Below, piece after piece: positions 28,745-37,976 of a DNA stretch of 64,000 nucleotides. Positions within the stretch are counted from its first letter, which is position 1. Every line of letters begins with the position of its first letter. The stretch is from Eubacteriales bacterium (GTDB lineage Bacteria > Bacillota > Clostridia > Oscillospirales > CAG-272), in NCBI GenBank assembly GCA_045533435.1, contig JAZSHT010000104.1:1590-65589 (forward strand), read 5' to 3'. The notes below the pieces were generated by a model. It was given only the letters and a program-made list of their open reading frames with translations, was not told the origin of the DNA and ran no database searches. A program made the position numbers and the translations under genes.

Positions 28745-28778
28745 GAGTATAACTACGGACAAACAAGGGCGGTTTATT

Positions 28779-31196
28779 ATGAAAAAAAGAATACACTTAG
28801 TATGTAATGCCCACATTGACCCTATTTGGCAATGGGACTGGCCTGAGGGAGTTAGCGCAACACTCTCCACCTTCTATACGGCAGCAAGACTTTGTGATGA
28901 ATTTGACTATATTTTTTGCCATAACGAAGTAACGGTTTACAAATATATTGAGGAGTATGCTCCGGAGCTTTTTGAAAAAATCAAAGAGCTTGTAAAGCTA
29001 GGCAAGTGGCACATAATGGGTGGCTGGTATTTACAGCCAGACTGTAATTTGATTTGTGGAGAGAGCTTCGTAAGACAAATAAGAGAGGGACAACGATACT
29101 TTAAGGAAAAGTTCGGCGTTTGTCCTAAAACTGCCATAAACCTTGACCCATTCGGCCACACGGTGGGTCTTGTTCAAATTGTAAAAAAGTGCGGTCAGGA
29201 CAGCTATTTATTCATGCGTCCCTACGGTAGCGAAATATCGTTACCAAGCGACCACTTTATTTGGCGTGGACTTGACGGCAGCGAAATAAAGGCTGTAAGA
29301 ATTACAGGCGGCTATAACACACCTCTTGGCAAAAGCGCAGAATCCCTTTACCATAAAACAAAGTGGCAGCCCTTTGACGTGGGCGTGGCTCTTTGGGGTG
29401 TTGGTAATCACGGCGGTGGTCCTTCAAAAAAGGATTTAGAGGACATTAAAAATCAGCTTTTATGCAATACCGAAAAGGAATTTATCCACTCTACTCCCGA
29501 TAAATTTTTCAGCGAAATAGAGCCAAGTGATGTTGTTGATACCTCACTTCGCATTTCTATGCCCGGCTGCTATACGTCTATGTACCGTGTAAAGAAGCTA
29601 CACGCTCAGCTTGAAAATGAAATTTTAATGGCGGAAAAAATTGCATCTGTGGCTTATCTAAAGGGAGCTATTGATACCTATCCCGAAAAGGAAATAAAAA
29701 TCGCAACCGAGGATTTATTAAACGCTCAGTTCCACGATGTATTACCCGGCACATCCGTTCAATGCGGAGAGGACGCAGGTCTTAGATACTTAAATCACGG
29801 CATGCTTGAAGCTGAAAGAGTTAAAATTAAGTCTTATTTTGCACTTTCTCAGGAGCAGGGAGTTGCAAAGGAAGGGGAATATCCATTCGTAATATTCAAC
29901 CCTAATCCATATGAGCTATGTGATAACGTGGAGTGTGAATTTACTCTCGCCGACCAAAACTGGAATGAGAATATAAATTCCGTTTTAAGAGTCGTTGACG
30001 AAAACGGAAACGCAGTTCCTTACCAAATTATAAAAGAGGATAGCAACCTTAATCTTGACTGGCGTAAGCGCGTTATTTTCGAGGCAAAATTAAAGCCAAT
30101 GTCCTTGGCGCGTTACAGCGTTTACGTTGATTTTAAGGATAAAGAGGAAAAGTCCCTTGACTCCGTATTTACATACGATAACGGAAGAAAGCACGTTGAA
30201 ATAGACAAAAACACAGGTCTTTTAAAATCATATAAAATTGACGGTATTGAATATTTAAAAGACGGTTTTGGTTTATGCAGTTTTGACGATAACGCTGACC
30301 CATGGGGAATGGGCAAAAATCAGCTTTTAAGAGTGGGCGAAAATGAAAAACCCTTCTCCCTCTCAAAAAATCCTCACGGCGTATTTGATGGCATGAAGTC
30401 CGTGCAGATTATCGAAAACGGCGATATTTACCTAGGCATTGAAGCGTTTTTTGAGTGTGATGACACCAAGGCTAGAATTTTATACAAGATTTATAAAAAC
30501 AACGATAACGTTGATATTGACGTTAATCTGTATTTAGGCGATGTTAATAAGATAATCAAGCTAAAAGTACCATTTAATGCTTCGGGCAGCCTTATGGGTC
30601 AAACTGCATTCGGCACGCAGGAGCTATTTACTGATGGCAGAGAAAACGTTGCACATCGCTTTGTTGCTCTTGACATGGGAGAAAAGTGCGTATCATTTAT
30701 GAATACAAGCGTTTACGGCAGCCACTTTGAAAATAACGCTCTTTATATGTCCCTTGTCCGCGGCGTTACCTACTGCGCACATCCTATTGGGGAAAGAGAG
30801 CTTATCCCAAGCGACAGATTTACAAAGAAAATCGACCAAGGGGAAAATAATTATTCATTTAGACTTACAGTAACAAACAGAAGTCAGCTTGAAAGAAAAG
30901 CAAGTGAGTTTATTTCAAAGCCTTACGCTCTTAACATTTTCCCAATTCCAAATAGCAAGTCGTTATCAAGCCTTGATATACGTGTAGGCGGAGAGGTAAT
31001 TTCATTAGTAACAATGAAAAAAGCATACGATAAGGATGCAGTTATTTTCCGTTTAATAAACAACACTCCATGCACCGAAAAATCATATATAAAGGTAAAC
31101 AATACCCAGCTTGACCTATCCTTTGGCAAATACGAGGTAAAAACAGTAGTTTACGAAAACGGAGCTTTAACCGAAAGCTATGAGCTACTGATATAA
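28779..31196 (+). CDS. GH38 family alpha-mannosidase (cytosolic)
   Basis: 805 aa with N-terminal HLVCNAHIDPIWQW and DPFGH motifs. Consensus promoter TTGACA-17-TATACT upstream. Confidence 0.88.
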   Translation: MKKRIHLVCNAHIDPIWQWDWPEGVSATLSTFYTAARLCDEFDYIFCHNEVTVYKYIEEYAPELFEKIKELVKLGKWHIMGGWYLQPDCNLICGESFVRQIREGQRYFKEKFGVCPKTAINLDPFGHTVGLVQIVKKCGQDSYLFMRPYGSEISLPSDHFIWRGLDGSEIKAVRITGGYNTPLGKSAESLYHKTKWQPFDVGVALWGVGNHGGGPSKKDLEDIKNQLLCNTEKEFIHSTPDKFFSEIEPSDVVDTSLRISMPGCYTSMYRVKKLHAQLENEILMAEKIASVAYLKGAIDTYPEKEIKIATEDLLNAQFHDVLPGTSVQCGEDAGLRYLNHGMLEAERVKIKSYFALSQEQGVAKEGEYPFVIFNPNPYELCDNVECEFTLADQNWNENINSVLRVVDENGNAVPYQIIKEDSNLNLDWRKRVIFEAKLKPMSLARYSVYVDFKDKEEKSLDSVFTYDNGRKHVEIDKNTGLLKSYKIDGIEYLKDGFGLCSFDDNADPWGMGKNQLLRVGENEKPFSLSKNPHGVFDGMKSVQIIENGDIYLGIEAFFECDDTKARILYKIYKNNDNVDIDVNLYLGDVNKIIKLKVPFNASGSLMGQTAFGTQELFTDGRENVAHRFVALDMGEKCVSFMNTSVYGSHFENNALYMSLVRGVTYCAHPIGERELIPSDRFTKKIDQGENNYSFRLTVTNRSQLERKASEFISKPYALNIFPIPNSKSLSSLDIRVGGEVISLVTMKKAYDKDAVIFRLINNTPCTEKSYIKVNNTQLDLSFGKYEVKTVVYENGALTESYELLI

Positions 31197-31205
31197 GGAG
31201 ATTTT

Positions 31206-33173
31206 ATGGTAAATAAAAAGCTATTTTTGGCGCTTTGCTTTATTATAGCGTTGCTTGCCTTAGCATCATGCTATAACACTACGCCAAATGACACAATATC
31301 AACTGATACTGAAATTATAGACACATTACCTAGCGAAACGGACACGGATACTGAAAATACAGACAAGGAGCAAGGCTATTTTGTGGCAACCGTTGCTAAA
31401 AGCGAATATTTTGTAGCCACTCCATACACCGATGGTAACGAGGTTGAAAATGAGCTAAAAGGCATTTTCTACTCAGCAGACTCTCCTGGTGGAAAGCCAA
31501 AAAATGATGGGAGCGGTAAAATATATCTTTCAGTAAAGCCACAAAAAACATACAATGTAACAAAATTAGTAATTGGTGGAGAATATTCATCCGTTGAAAA
31601 AATCGGTATGGATTTGTGGTGTATTCACGGTGTTAAGTCCGACCTTACAGTAAATGCCAACACAATTACAATGATTTCTACTCAAAAGGAATATTTTAAG
31701 GACTACGGCTATTATATTTCCGATGATGGCAAGCTATCTATTTCTTGGATGGAAAGCGAAAACGACCCACTTCGCTATGTGGAAATAAGCTACAATGATA
31801 AATATGGCTCATATACCTCTTATGTGGATGCTAAGGAATATAAAAAAGAGCTTTTTACAATGAATGAAAACGAGGTTTACTCAGTTTCTATAAGAGCCGT
31901 GGGAGAGACGCGTTTAGGCAAGAAAATTGACCTTTCCTGTTGCTTTATGAAAGCACCAAAGGATGTAAAATTCCCACGAATTGAAATCACTACTGAAAAT
32001 TATGTATTGCCAAGCTGTGATTTTGTTTCATCCCCTGAGGGATGCTGGGGTGCAGGAATTACAAATGCGCTTTACGAAAGGTGTGTGGCTGTAATTTATA
32101 ACGAAAATAACGAAATTGTTTATTCCTCAGCCGATACGCAAGACGACATATATCAAGGCGCAAAGCTAAAAATTAGAGGAAACACAAGCGCAAGATACGC
32201 TTCAAGCGGTAGATTTCCGTATAAATTAAAGCTTGATAAAAAGTCCGACCTTTTAGCTCCCCTTATTGGCAGAATCGATGATAGCAACATTTACGCGGAT
32301 AAGGATTGGCTTTTACTTAACTACGGAAGTGATGGCTACCGTATCCTTGGAGATGCTATTGCAGATGGCGTAAATACAGAGTGGTCTCCCGATTATTGCT
32401 ATGTTACATTATACATAAATGGCGAATACAGAGGGCTTTATGTTTTATCAGAGGCAGTTGAAGAGGGAAGCGGAAACGAAGAGGACAGATGGCGTGTAAA
32501 TGTTGATGCAGATGGCTATGTGTTTGAATGTGATGCATATTGGTGGAATGAGGAGCACTATTTTAGCACGCCCTTAACTGAAAATACACCTATGTATTTT
32601 ACATTTAAGTATCCCGACCCCGATTTAGCTCCCGACTACACATATTTAAGAGATTATTTGATTAAATTTGAGGAAGCCTTAATGAAGGATGATGATTCCT
32701 ACCTTGAATATATCGACCTTGATTCCTTTGTTAAGTGGCTGCTTGTGTCCGATATACTTTGTATTGAGGATGGCGGCGGATGTAATCTATTCCTTTATAA
32801 AAAGAATTCAAGCGATGACACAAAAATCTGTATGGGACCCAACTGGGATTTTGACTCCTATATGGGAAGCGTTGATGGTCTTTCAGTAATTAGAATGAAA
32901 TGGAATGGCGCGCCATTTTATTATCAATACTTAATTGAAAAAGAGTCATTTGTTAAGCGCTACACCGAGCTATTTTATCAGGTTAAGGACAATTTAGCTA
33001 AGTATGTAAACGCTGAATTTGACAAAATTGACATAGAAGCACATTCACTTCTTTTAAATTATGACAACATGCGCTTTGGTACATCAAAAACAACGCTAAG
33101 CACAAGAAAGCAACGCTTTTTAACATGGCTTGCGGAGCATATTGCTTGGATGGAAACACAATTTCCGCAATAA
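31206..33173 (+). CDS. CotH kinase-family lipoprotein
   Basis: 655 aa with lipobox LALASC. CotH-type motifs LKIRGNTSARY and YVTLYINGEYRGLYVLSE. Confidence 0.82.
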   Translation: MVNKKLFLALCFIIALLALASCYNTTPNDTISTDTEIIDTLPSETDTDTENTDKEQGYFVATVAKSEYFVATPYTDGNEVENELKGIFYSADSPGGKPKNDGSGKIYLSVKPQKTYNVTKLVIGGEYSSVEKIGMDLWCIHGVKSDLTVNANTITMISTQKEYFKDYGYYISDDGKLSISWMESENDPLRYVEISYNDKYGSYTSYVDAKEYKKELFTMNENEVYSVSIRAVGETRLGKKIDLSCCFMKAPKDVKFPRIEITTENYVLPSCDFVSSPEGCWGAGITNALYERCVAVIYNENNEIVYSSADTQDDIYQGAKLKIRGNTSARYASSGRFPYKLKLDKKSDLLAPLIGRIDDSNIYADKDWLLLNYGSDGYRILGDAIADGVNTEWSPDYCYVTLYINGEYRGLYVLSEAVEEGSGNEEDRWRVNVDADGYVFECDAYWWNEEHYFSTPLTENTPMYFTFKYPDPDLAPDYTYLRDYLIKFEEALMKDDDSYLEYIDLDSFVKWLLVSDILCIEDGGGCNLFLYKKNSSDDTKICMGPNWDFDSYMGSVDGLSVIRMKWNGAPFYYQYLIEKESFVKRYTELFYQVKDNLAKYVNAEFDKIDIEAHSLLLNYDNMRFGTSKTTLSTRKQRFLTWLAEHIAWMETQFPQ

Positions 33174-33238
33174 AATCAGAGCCGCAGTAAGCATAATAGC
33201 TCACAAAATTTTAAAATTAAGATATTTTTGAGGTTTTT

Positions 33239-33424
33239 ATGAGAAATAAAGAAAACAAGCATCTTGGAATAGAAATTGACAAGGAATTACATTACAAATT
33301 GCATTATATTTCAAAATACTACGGCAGAAGTGCCAATGGAGAAATCTTATTTTTAATAAGACAGGCAATTAAGGAATTTGAAAAGCTTGAGGGCGAAATT
33401 GATTTTCCACCAAAGGAAGACTAA
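33239..33424 (+). CDS. ribbon-helix-helix (Arc/CopG-like) small DNA-binding protein
   Basis: 61 aa. A beta-strand then two helices pattern (LGIEIDKELHYKLHYISKYYGRSANGEILFLIRQAIKEFEK). Confidence 0.6.
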   Translation: MRNKENKHLGIEIDKELHYKLHYISKYYGRSANGEILFLIRQAIKEFEKLEGEIDFPPKED

Positions 33425-33433
33425 GAGGTAAAA

Positions 33434-33676
33434 ATGAACATAGGAGCAGCTACAAGATTGCGTATTATTGAGCTATGCGAGCAAAAAAACATAACCCTAA
33501 ACAAGCTATCAACCATTTGTGGAATTACTCAATCAACACTTAACAATATCGTATGTGGCAGAAATAAAAGCACAACTATTTCAACCATTAAAAAAATTTG
33601 TGATGGCTTAGAGATTGATGTTCGTGAATTTTTTAATTCCAAGCTATTTGACAACTTAGAGCAAGAAATAAAATAG
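33434..33676 (+). CDS. XRE-family helix-turn-helix protein
   Basis: 80 aa with HTH_3 pattern (ITLNKLSTICGITQSTLNNIVCGRN), RBS AAGAGG, terminator follows. Confidence 0.8.
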   Translation: MNIGAATRLRIIELCEQKNITLNKLSTICGITQSTLNNIVCGRNKSTTISTIKKICDGLEIDVREFFNSKLFDNLEQEIK

Positions 33677-33683
33677 AAGTAAG

Positions 33684-33709
33684 GAGCAGAGAAATCTGCT
33701 CTTTATTTT
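33684..33709 (+). terminator. rho-independent terminator
   Basis: GAGCAGA-GAAA-TCTGCTC plus TTTATTTT. Confidence 0.75.
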
Positions 33710-33710
33710 A

Positions 33711-33739
33711 TTGACAGGCTTTTATTTGTGTGATAAAAT
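33711..33739 (+). promoter_or_regulatory. sigma-A promoter of the serine hydrolase gene
   Basis: TTGACA, 17 nt, TAAAAT. Confidence 0.65.
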
Positions 33740-33772
33740 GCTTATATAATATTATTTAAGGTAGGTAGAGTT

Positions 33773-35245
33773 ATGTTTAGAAATGTAACGCCAGAAAGCG
33801 TTGGTGTTGACTCTAAAAATCTTTTTAAGCTTATAAAAAGGCTAAACGCCTTGCATATGCACAGCCTTTTAGTAGCAAGGGGCAACGATATTTTTTGCGA
33901 ATGCTATTGGAAGCCATTTGATAAGGACTTTAACCACAGAATGTATTCTGTTACAAAGAGCTTTGTGTCGGTTGCAATCGGTCTATGTGTAGAGGATGGC
34001 TTGCTTGAATTAGATGACCCAATTATAGAATATTTTCCTGAAAAAATCAAAAAAGAGCCAGGGGAGTATCTAAAAAAGCAAACAATTCGCGATATGCTTA
34101 CCATGACAACGGTAGGATTTTGTCAAGATTGGTTTAAAGAAAAGCCTTATGACAGAACGGAATTTTATTTAAATGACCAAAACAAAAAGCATCCAAGCGG
34201 AACACTTTGGGAATATGATAGCGCAGGGTCGCAGGTGCTTTCATCATTGGTTGAAAAGGTAACAGGCAAGAGCATTTTTGATTTCTTAAATGAAAGAATT
34301 TTCACAAAATTAGATGCATTTAAAAATGCCACCATATTAAAGACACCTAACGGCGATAGCTGGGGCGATTCGGCTCTTATTTGCACACCGAGGGATTTAC
34401 TCGCATTTGCTCGCTTCGTGTTAAATTACGGCGTATATAACGGCGAAAGGCTGATGAATGAGGACTATCTAAGAGAAGCAACCGCAAGACATAAGGATAA
34501 CTCTCCATCTGCCCACAGGGATTCCTTGCACCGTGGCTACGGCTATCAATTTTGGCGCGCGCCCAATGATAGCTTTGCATTTGTGGGAATGGGAAATCAG
34601 CTTGCTATTTGTGTGCCAGGCAAGGACTTAATTTTCGTTTGCACCGCAGACAATCAAGGCAGTGAATTTTCAACAGAGCTTATTGTAAACGGCTTTTATG
34701 AGTACATTGTTGATGAAATAAGCGACACTCCCCTGCCTGAAAATGAAAATAATTCAAAAATGCTTAATTCTCTCATAAATTCCCTTGAGCTTTACTGTGA
34801 ATACGGCTATGTTGACTCCCCATACCGTGAAATTATAAATGGCGTAACATATAAGTGCGAGGAAAATCAAATGGGAATTAAAAGCTTCCGCTTTGATTTT
34901 GCAAACGATAAAGAGGGAACACTTACATACGAAAATGAAAACGGTACAATGGTATTGCCATTTAAGATAAACTCAAACTATTTTGGTAAGTTCCCTGAGG
35001 AAGGCTATTCCAACGAATATGGCTCTTTACGCACACAGGATGGCTTTAAATATAACTGTGCAACAAGTGGTGCTTGGACACAAACGGACAAAATAACAGT
35101 ATTTTCACAAATTATTGATAAATACTTCGGCAATGTAACATTTTCATTCTATTTTAAGGATGATTTAGCATTTTTAAGATGCGAAAAAACTGCCGAGGAC
35201 TTCCTTTGGCAATACAAAGGCGACGCCGTTGGCGTCAGGGTATAG
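33773..35245 (+). CDS. serine hydrolase, beta-lactamase/transpeptidase-like family
   Basis: 490 aa with SxxK motif (SVTKSF). The last codons and the TAG stop are encoded by a TAGGGTA-class heptamer array. Confidence 0.82.
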   Translation: MFRNVTPESVGVDSKNLFKLIKRLNALHMHSLLVARGNDIFCECYWKPFDKDFNHRMYSVTKSFVSVAIGLCVEDGLLELDDPIIEYFPEKIKKEPGEYLKKQTIRDMLTMTTVGFCQDWFKEKPYDRTEFYLNDQNKKHPSGTLWEYDSAGSQVLSSLVEKVTGKSIFDFLNERIFTKLDAFKNATILKTPNGDSWGDSALICTPRDLLAFARFVLNYGVYNGERLMNEDYLREATARHKDNSPSAHRDSLHRGYGYQFWRAPNDSFAFVGMGNQLAICVPGKDLIFVCTADNQGSEFSTELIVNGFYEYIVDEISDTPLPENENNSKMLNSLINSLELYCEYGYVDSPYREIINGVTYKCEENQMGIKSFRFDFANDKEGTLTYENENGTMVLPFKINSNYFGKFPEEGYSNEYGSLRTQDGFKYNCATSGAWTQTDKITVFSQIIDKYFGNVTFSFYFKDDLAFLRCEKTAEDFLWQYKGDAVGVRV

Positions 35246-35263
35246 GATATAGGGTATAGGGGT
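35236..35263 (+). repeat. heptamer array, class TAGGGTA (CAGGGTA TAGGATA TAGGGTA TAGGGGT)
   Basis: Read directly. Supplies the last codons and the TAG stop (35243-35245) of the upstream CDS. Confidence 0.85.
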
Positions 35264-35383
35264 TCACTTCGCTCACAGGGGTAATTTCCTACTAAGAAGT
35301 AATAATCTCGCTACGAAACGAAGTTGAGTAATTTCGCTATTATTGCATAACACTTAACAAAGTTAAGTTCATAACTTAAAACA

Positions 35384-35414
35384 AAAAATCCTATGCACTC
35401 GCATAGGATTTTTG
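35384..35414. terminator. bidirectional terminator
   Basis: AAAAAATCCTATGC-ACTC-GCATAGGATTTTT. Confidence 0.85.
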
Positions 35415-35417
35415 TTA

Positions 35418-36149
35418 TTAAAATTTTGGTTCAAAGCAAGGCATAAGCTCCAATTTGAATAGGTTGTTTTTATGCTTTCTATCAATGATTTCCTTTTTAT
35501 TTAAATCATCAATTTCGCCGGTGCGGATATATCTATCTAGCTCTGCATAGGTAAAGCCGAGATTTTCCTCATCGGTTTTTCCGCAAAGGCCGTCAATAGG
35601 CACCTTTTCAACAAGCTCATAGGGCAAATTAAGAAGATGTCCAATCTCCTTGACCTCTGTTACAGTAAGTCTTGAAAGAGGGCTAAAATCGCCTACGGAA
35701 TCGCCATAGCGTGTTGAGTATCCAACCCAATCCTCTGAAAGATTACATGTATTTGCAACTCTGCCGTTACAGCTTTGGGAAACTGCATAAACTGTCGCCA
35801 TACGGATTCTTGCAGGGAGATTTTGAAGAGTCATAGGTGTTAATTCAAGGTCAGATGGAATGCTATTTATAACTCCATCAACCGCATCCTTGATATTAAC
35901 AACATAGTGCTTAATTCCTAAATGATTTACTAATTTATATGATGCGGAAATGTCCTTTTGCTCACCCTGTGGCATTAAAACGCCTATAACTCTGTCCTTG
36001 CCAAGGGCCTCAACACAAAGTGCCGCCACGATTGAGCTATCCTTTCCGCCTGAAACTCCAAGCACCGCATTACAGCCTTTACCGTTTTTTTCAAAAAAAT
36101 CTCTTATCCATTCTACACATTCATTTTTTATCTTTTCTGCATTAAACAT
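35418..36149 (-). CDS. nadE: ammonia-dependent NAD+ synthetase
   Basis: The ATG at 36149 has RBS GAGGT (MFNAEKIKNECVEWIRDFF). PP-loop motif GVSGGKDSS. Confidence 0.92.
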   Translation of the reverse strand: MFNAEKIKNECVEWIRDFFEKNGKGCNAVLGVSGGKDSSIVAALCVEALGKDRVIGVLMPQGEQKDISASYKLVNHLGIKHYVVNIKDAVDGVINSIPSDLELTPMTLQNLPARIRMATVYAVSQSCNGRVANTCNLSEDWVGYSTRYGDSVGDFSPLSRLTVTEVKEIGHLLNLPYELVEKVPIDGLCGKTDEENLGFTYAELDRYIRTGEIDDLNKKEIIDRKHKNNLFKLELMPCFEPKF

Positions 36150-36238
36150 AAATATTACCTCACAATTTTTATATATAAATTTTATCATAACAGAGCTTTT
36201 GTGTCAAGAAATTTAATGGAATAATTACCTAATAATTA

Positions 36239-36267
36239 TTGACAAAGCTTGCGCGCCGTATTAAAAT
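36239..36267 (+). promoter_or_regulatory. sigma-A promoter of the CopZ-like gene
   Basis: TTGACA, 17 nt (GC-rich AAGCTTGCGCGCCGTAT), TAAAAT. Confidence 0.6.
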
Positions 36268-36298
36268 AAATACATAAAACAATATAGGAGTATATAAT

Positions 36299-36556
36299 AT
36301 GATAGAAACAACATTAAAAATTGATGGCATGATGTGTCCACATTGCGAAAATCATGTAAACGAAACAATACGAAACGGCTTTAATGTAAAAAGCGTAAGG
36401 TCCTCACATAAGGATGGCACAACAGTAATTACATCAAAGAATAAAATTGAGAAAATCGCTCTTGAAAAAGCAGTTACTGCCCTTGGCTATAAGCTGCTTG
36501 ATGTTAGCGAAAGAGAAGTTGAAAAGAAATGTATTTTTTCCTTCTTAAAAAAGTAA
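36299..36556 (+). CDS. heavy-metal-associated (HMA) domain protein, CopZ-like metallochaperone
   Basis: 85 aa with GMMCPHC metal-binding motif. Consensus promoter TTGACA-17-TAAAAT at 36239-36267. Confidence 0.82.
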   Translation: MIETTLKIDGMMCPHCENHVNETIRNGFNVKSVRSSHKDGTTVITSKNKIEKIALEKAVTALGYKLLDVSEREVEKKCIFSFLKK

Positions 36557-36558
36557 AA

Positions 36559-36597
36559 TAGCCGCCAGCCGTTAGCAGCCAGCGGTCAGCCGTTAAC
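36559..36597 (+). repeat. heptamer array, class TAGCCGT (TAGCCGC CAGCCGT TAGCAGC CAGCGGT CAGCCGT TAAC)
   Basis: Read directly. Starts 2 nt after the TAA stop of the CopZ-like gene. Confidence 0.85.
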
Positions 36598-36643
36598 AAA
36601 TCTTATGATATTAAAGAATAGGCGCTACAATATCGAATAAAAC

Positions 36644-36676
36644 AAAATTCCCACACAGGTGTGTGGGAATTTTTTT
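36644..36676. terminator. bidirectional terminator
   Basis: AAAATTCCCACAC-AGGT-GTGTGGGAATTTT. Confidence 0.85.
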
Positions 36677-36682
36677 ACTTAA

Positions 36683-36904
36683 TTAGATATCGAGACTGTT
36701 AAGTAATTCTTTGAGGTTCTTCATTTCTACCTCTGTAAGAGTAATACCCTTGCCAAGCTTATCGTGGCCCTCTTGCCATACACGGATATCATATACTGGC
36801 TCTTTTTCGTTCCAGCTAACTAAGTTAACTTCCTTAACCCATCCGCTCTTATTTTCTGAAATAAGACCAAAGCTTTTTACAATGTCAAACTTGAATTCTG
36901 GCAT
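36683..36904 (-). CDS. YdbC-like PC4-fold single-stranded DNA-binding protein
   Basis: 73 aa starting at the ATG at 36904 with RBS AAGGAGGG (MPEFKFDIVKSFGLISENKSGWVKEVNLVSWN...GKGITLT). The 157-aa track ORF is an upstream extension without support. Confidence 0.82.
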   Translation of the reverse strand: MPEFKFDIVKSFGLISENKSGWVKEVNLVSWNEKEPVYDIRVWQEGHDKLGKGITLTEVEMKNLKELLNSLDI

Positions 36905-37028
36905 AGTAATCAATCCCTCCTTAAGAATTTTTGACAGTCCCCTGTCAGTTATCCTCATTGTATCACATATTTTTCCAAATTGCAATATATTATTATAATA
37001 TTTTTTATATTTTTTATATAATATATAT

Positions 37029-37070
37029 AAATGTAGAAAATCACGCACGCGCGTGAGATTTTCTACATTT
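37029..37070. other. 18-bp-stem palindrome in the divergent promoter region
   Basis: AAATGTAGAAAATCACGC / GCGTGAGATTTTCTACATTT: 14 + 4 bp with a 2-nt bulge and a 4-nt loop. Confidence 0.7.
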
Positions 37071-37265
37071 ATGCTTGATGTGGCAACATCGTTTAATAAC
37101 ATAAAATTAAATAGCTTTTTCTCACAAAATGCAAAATAAAGCGCTCTATTTTGCATTTTTTGCTAAAATAGATACGGTTATTTTGCACTTTTTGATATTT
37201 ATTTTGATTGTAAAGTATGGTATAATTATTACAACATAGATAATTGAGCTTTAGGGGGGCGTTAT

Positions 37266-37889
37266 ATGGGAGCAATGTATTATTTAGTTTATTGCTTAAT
37301 TGCCATAGTTTTACTTGGTATATTTTTGCCAAATGATATAGGCGGAGAAATACATAATCCATATTTATTGCTTTTCCTTTCAATAGTGGCGGTAACTATT
37401 TTAGCAGTTAAATTTTTTAAGTATCTGCATTTTTGCTTATCCGTTAAAAAGGAGCTTAAAAGCAAATGCTACGAAATCATTCATTTTAGTATAATGCCTA
37501 TTCCTTTAAGAAAAAAGCAAAGCATTATTGCAAAAAAGAATGAAAAAACGGTTAGTGTATCGCTAATTTATGTTACAAGGAAGTATTTAAGATACCATTT
37601 TGAAAGCATAAATAGGATCGAGCTATATAAATCAACAAGGTTAGCAATTAAGCCAAGTCCAAGGCAAGCAAATATGATTTCCTCTAAGGTTGAAACAAGA
37701 AATGTGTCAACCAAAATTTTAAAGTGGGAAGAAAGCGCAGAGGAGCAAACAAAATTAGTTGTATTTAATGTCTTTCCTAACCTAATTACAGACACATATA
37801 GCCACGAAGGACTTTATTTTGGCGATAAAATCGCAAAGGAATGTTATCTTTACGATTTAAAGCATTTAGACAAATTTGCCGGCTTGTAA
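37266..37889 (+). CDS. hypothetical membrane-anchored protein
   Basis: 207 aa with two N-terminal TM helices and a basic soluble C-terminal domain. No recognisable motif. Confidence 0.55.
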   Translation: MGAMYYLVYCLIAIVLLGIFLPNDIGGEIHNPYLLLFLSIVAVTILAVKFFKYLHFCLSVKKELKSKCYEIIHFSIMPIPLRKKQSIIAKKNEKTVSVSLIYVTRKYLRYHFESINRIELYKSTRLAIKPSPRQANMISSKVETRNVSTKILKWEESAEEQTKLVVFNVFPNLITDTYSHEGLYFGDKIAKECYLYDLKHLDKFAGL

Positions 37890-37976
37890 ACCACAGGTTA
37901 GCAAGATGTAACCTTAGGTTGCTTGAAAAAACAAAAAACATATATTACAATATACAAAAAGTACAAGGAGATAAAA

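Noticed and set aside
36905-37156. The 157-aa version of the YdbC-like ORF.
   Set aside because: The extra 84 residues are low-complexity read-through of AT-rich promoter DNA and the palindrome. The internal ATG at 36904 has a strong RBS and gives the canonical 73-aa YdbC-like protein.
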